Assembly (NCBI GenBank): GCA_001643675.2
Contig: LSRY02000005.1
Location: 1,116,001-1,180,000 of the forward strand
Direction of reading: 5' to 3'
Length of the DNA: 64,000 nt
Source: Monocercomonoides exilis PA203
Lineage: Eukaryota > Protista > Preaxostyla
Notes under the pieces: model-generated
The model's input: only the letters and a program-made list of their open reading frames with translations
Told to the model about the DNA's origin: nothing
Database searches by the model: none
Shown: piece by piece, positions 62,651 to 64,000 of the stretch
Numbering within the stretch: position 1 is the stretch's first letter
Layout: each line of letters opens with the position of its first letter
Program-made: the position numbers and the translations under genes

Positions 62651-63962
62651 GGGCAGAACATTAATCAAATTGCACAATAGGTGAAGTCAGCTCAAAGACT
62701 ACAAAAGGGAAATTGATGAAACTGGAGGATTGCGCAGATATGAAAATGGACAGTTGCGTTTTTGATGGGAGTTCAAAGGAAGGAAATGAAATGGGAGAAA
62801 GAGATGATGGGATTTGCAGATGGAATGGTTCAGTTGTTGATTTTTCGAAGAGTTCTGTGATGATGAAAGACACAACTATTTTGAGTTCACCCGATGGAGG
62901 AATAACTGTGAGTGGAGGAAATGTGATAATTGAAATGGGGTTATTTGAAAACAATAATTCCTCAATTGAAGGATATCCATCATTGAGAAGAAATATCATC
63001 TGTTCAGATTCAGGAACATTGAATGTGATGAGTTTGAAAGGAGGAGATGGAGTTTTGCCAAATTCATCTCTTTGGATGTTGAACAATGGGTGCAGTTTTG
63101 AAGGGATTGTCTCTGAGAGGGATTCATCATTCTTTATTCCAGTTCTGGAGAGCGTGGAAGCAAAGGAAGAGACAGATAGAATGAAGCTGATATTCAAAGG
63201 GATGCTTCTTGTTCCATGCAATCTGTCATTCTCAGTTGTGAAGAGGAAGGGAGAAGAGAAAGAGATTGAAAAGCACGATTTTGACTCAAATGGGTTTTTA
63301 TCCGAAAGAGAAATTGAAGGAAGTGTTGCAAAAGATCTCATCAGCAATTGTGGAAATGAAATCGAAGTGAGTGTGCATATTTTGTTTGGAAATGCAAAAT
63401 CTTTTTCATCAACAACTTCATTCATTCTGAAGAATGCAAGTGAAAAAAATACAAAAGATGATGAAATAATATCAGAAACAACAAAATTGGATGGGGTGTT
63501 ATTGACTTTATAATGAACGTTATTGTTTTATTAATTTTTGTTTGTTTGTTTGTTGTGGCAGTTGTTCTTTTGCGAAGGAAACTGTAAGAAGTTGAAATGA
63601 AAGTTTAGAAAGAGAGATTGTTAAATGAGCAGGTAATGGGAAAGAAAGAGAGGAGAAGTGAAGAGAGAGTGGAAAGCTTTGAGATGAGTGAGATGTCATC
63701 GACTTTGCTGGAACGGATGACGAGTCAGATTCCGTTATTGATCGAGGATGAAGAAAGCACATTAGAACAGCCAACAACAAGCAATGACGATGGCGATAAC
63801 AACAATGATGAGGAAGATGATGATGTAATTCTGAATGAAAATAATATTCCAGATTTGGAATCTCCATTGCCATTTTCTGAGAACGCTTCTGCTTCTGGAG
63901 CTTCACAATCACATTCATTCAATGTGATATCAGCAAAGAAGCCATTTCGAGAGATAAATTAA
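62651..63962 (+). pseudogene. Truncated or decayed member of the same surface-protein family as 44140-48894
   Basis: Shared blocks: CRWNGS/CSWETG, RRNIICS/RKNVRC, FFIPVL/FEPIL, FKGMLLVPCNL/FVGLLFMPCNL. Stop at 63513 before any intact TM; no intact 5' exons found. Confidence 0.7.
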
Positions 63963-64000
63963 AATGACTTGAAAATATTGTATTCAGCGATTCATTCAGT

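Noticed and set aside
1-64000. Prokaryotic systems (CRISPR, operons), rRNA/tRNA, alternative genetic code
   Set aside because: No repeat-spacer arrays or RNA-gene signatures were seen. Conserved genes end properly at TAA/TAG/TGA and contain spliceosomal introns.

Overview
AT-rich eukaryotic DNA with short GT-AG introns, the standard genetic code and (GAA/TCT)n-derived poly-Ser/poly-Glu tracts. Gene families and style suggest an oxymonad (Monocercomonoides-like) metamonad; this is an inference. A gene-dense core holds an SLC49/FLVCR-type MFS transporter, an Arf-family GTPase with a Cys-rich insert, an intronless bacterial-type nitroreductase, a 6-exon beta-adaptin-superfamily gene best resembling TPLATE (TSET complex), a P4-ATPase flippase, Arp3, NOG1, a PHO80/U-type cyclin, a CEP95-like protein, a UAA/SLC35B transporter, a beta-helix surface protein, and tandem GH31 and GH3 glycosidases. 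Transposon debris flanks and interrupts this core. The best finds are: (1) a set of GG...CC-ended non-autonomous elements with 4-bp ANNT target duplications plus a Sola-like transposase relic whose frame is restored by excising one of them; (2) a 3.4-kb TIR element with an 8-bp TSD that carries a decayed host-type multigene-family copy as cargo; (3) a divergent TPLATE-like gene lying next to a flippase and Arp3. No rRNA, tRNA or CRISPR array was found.
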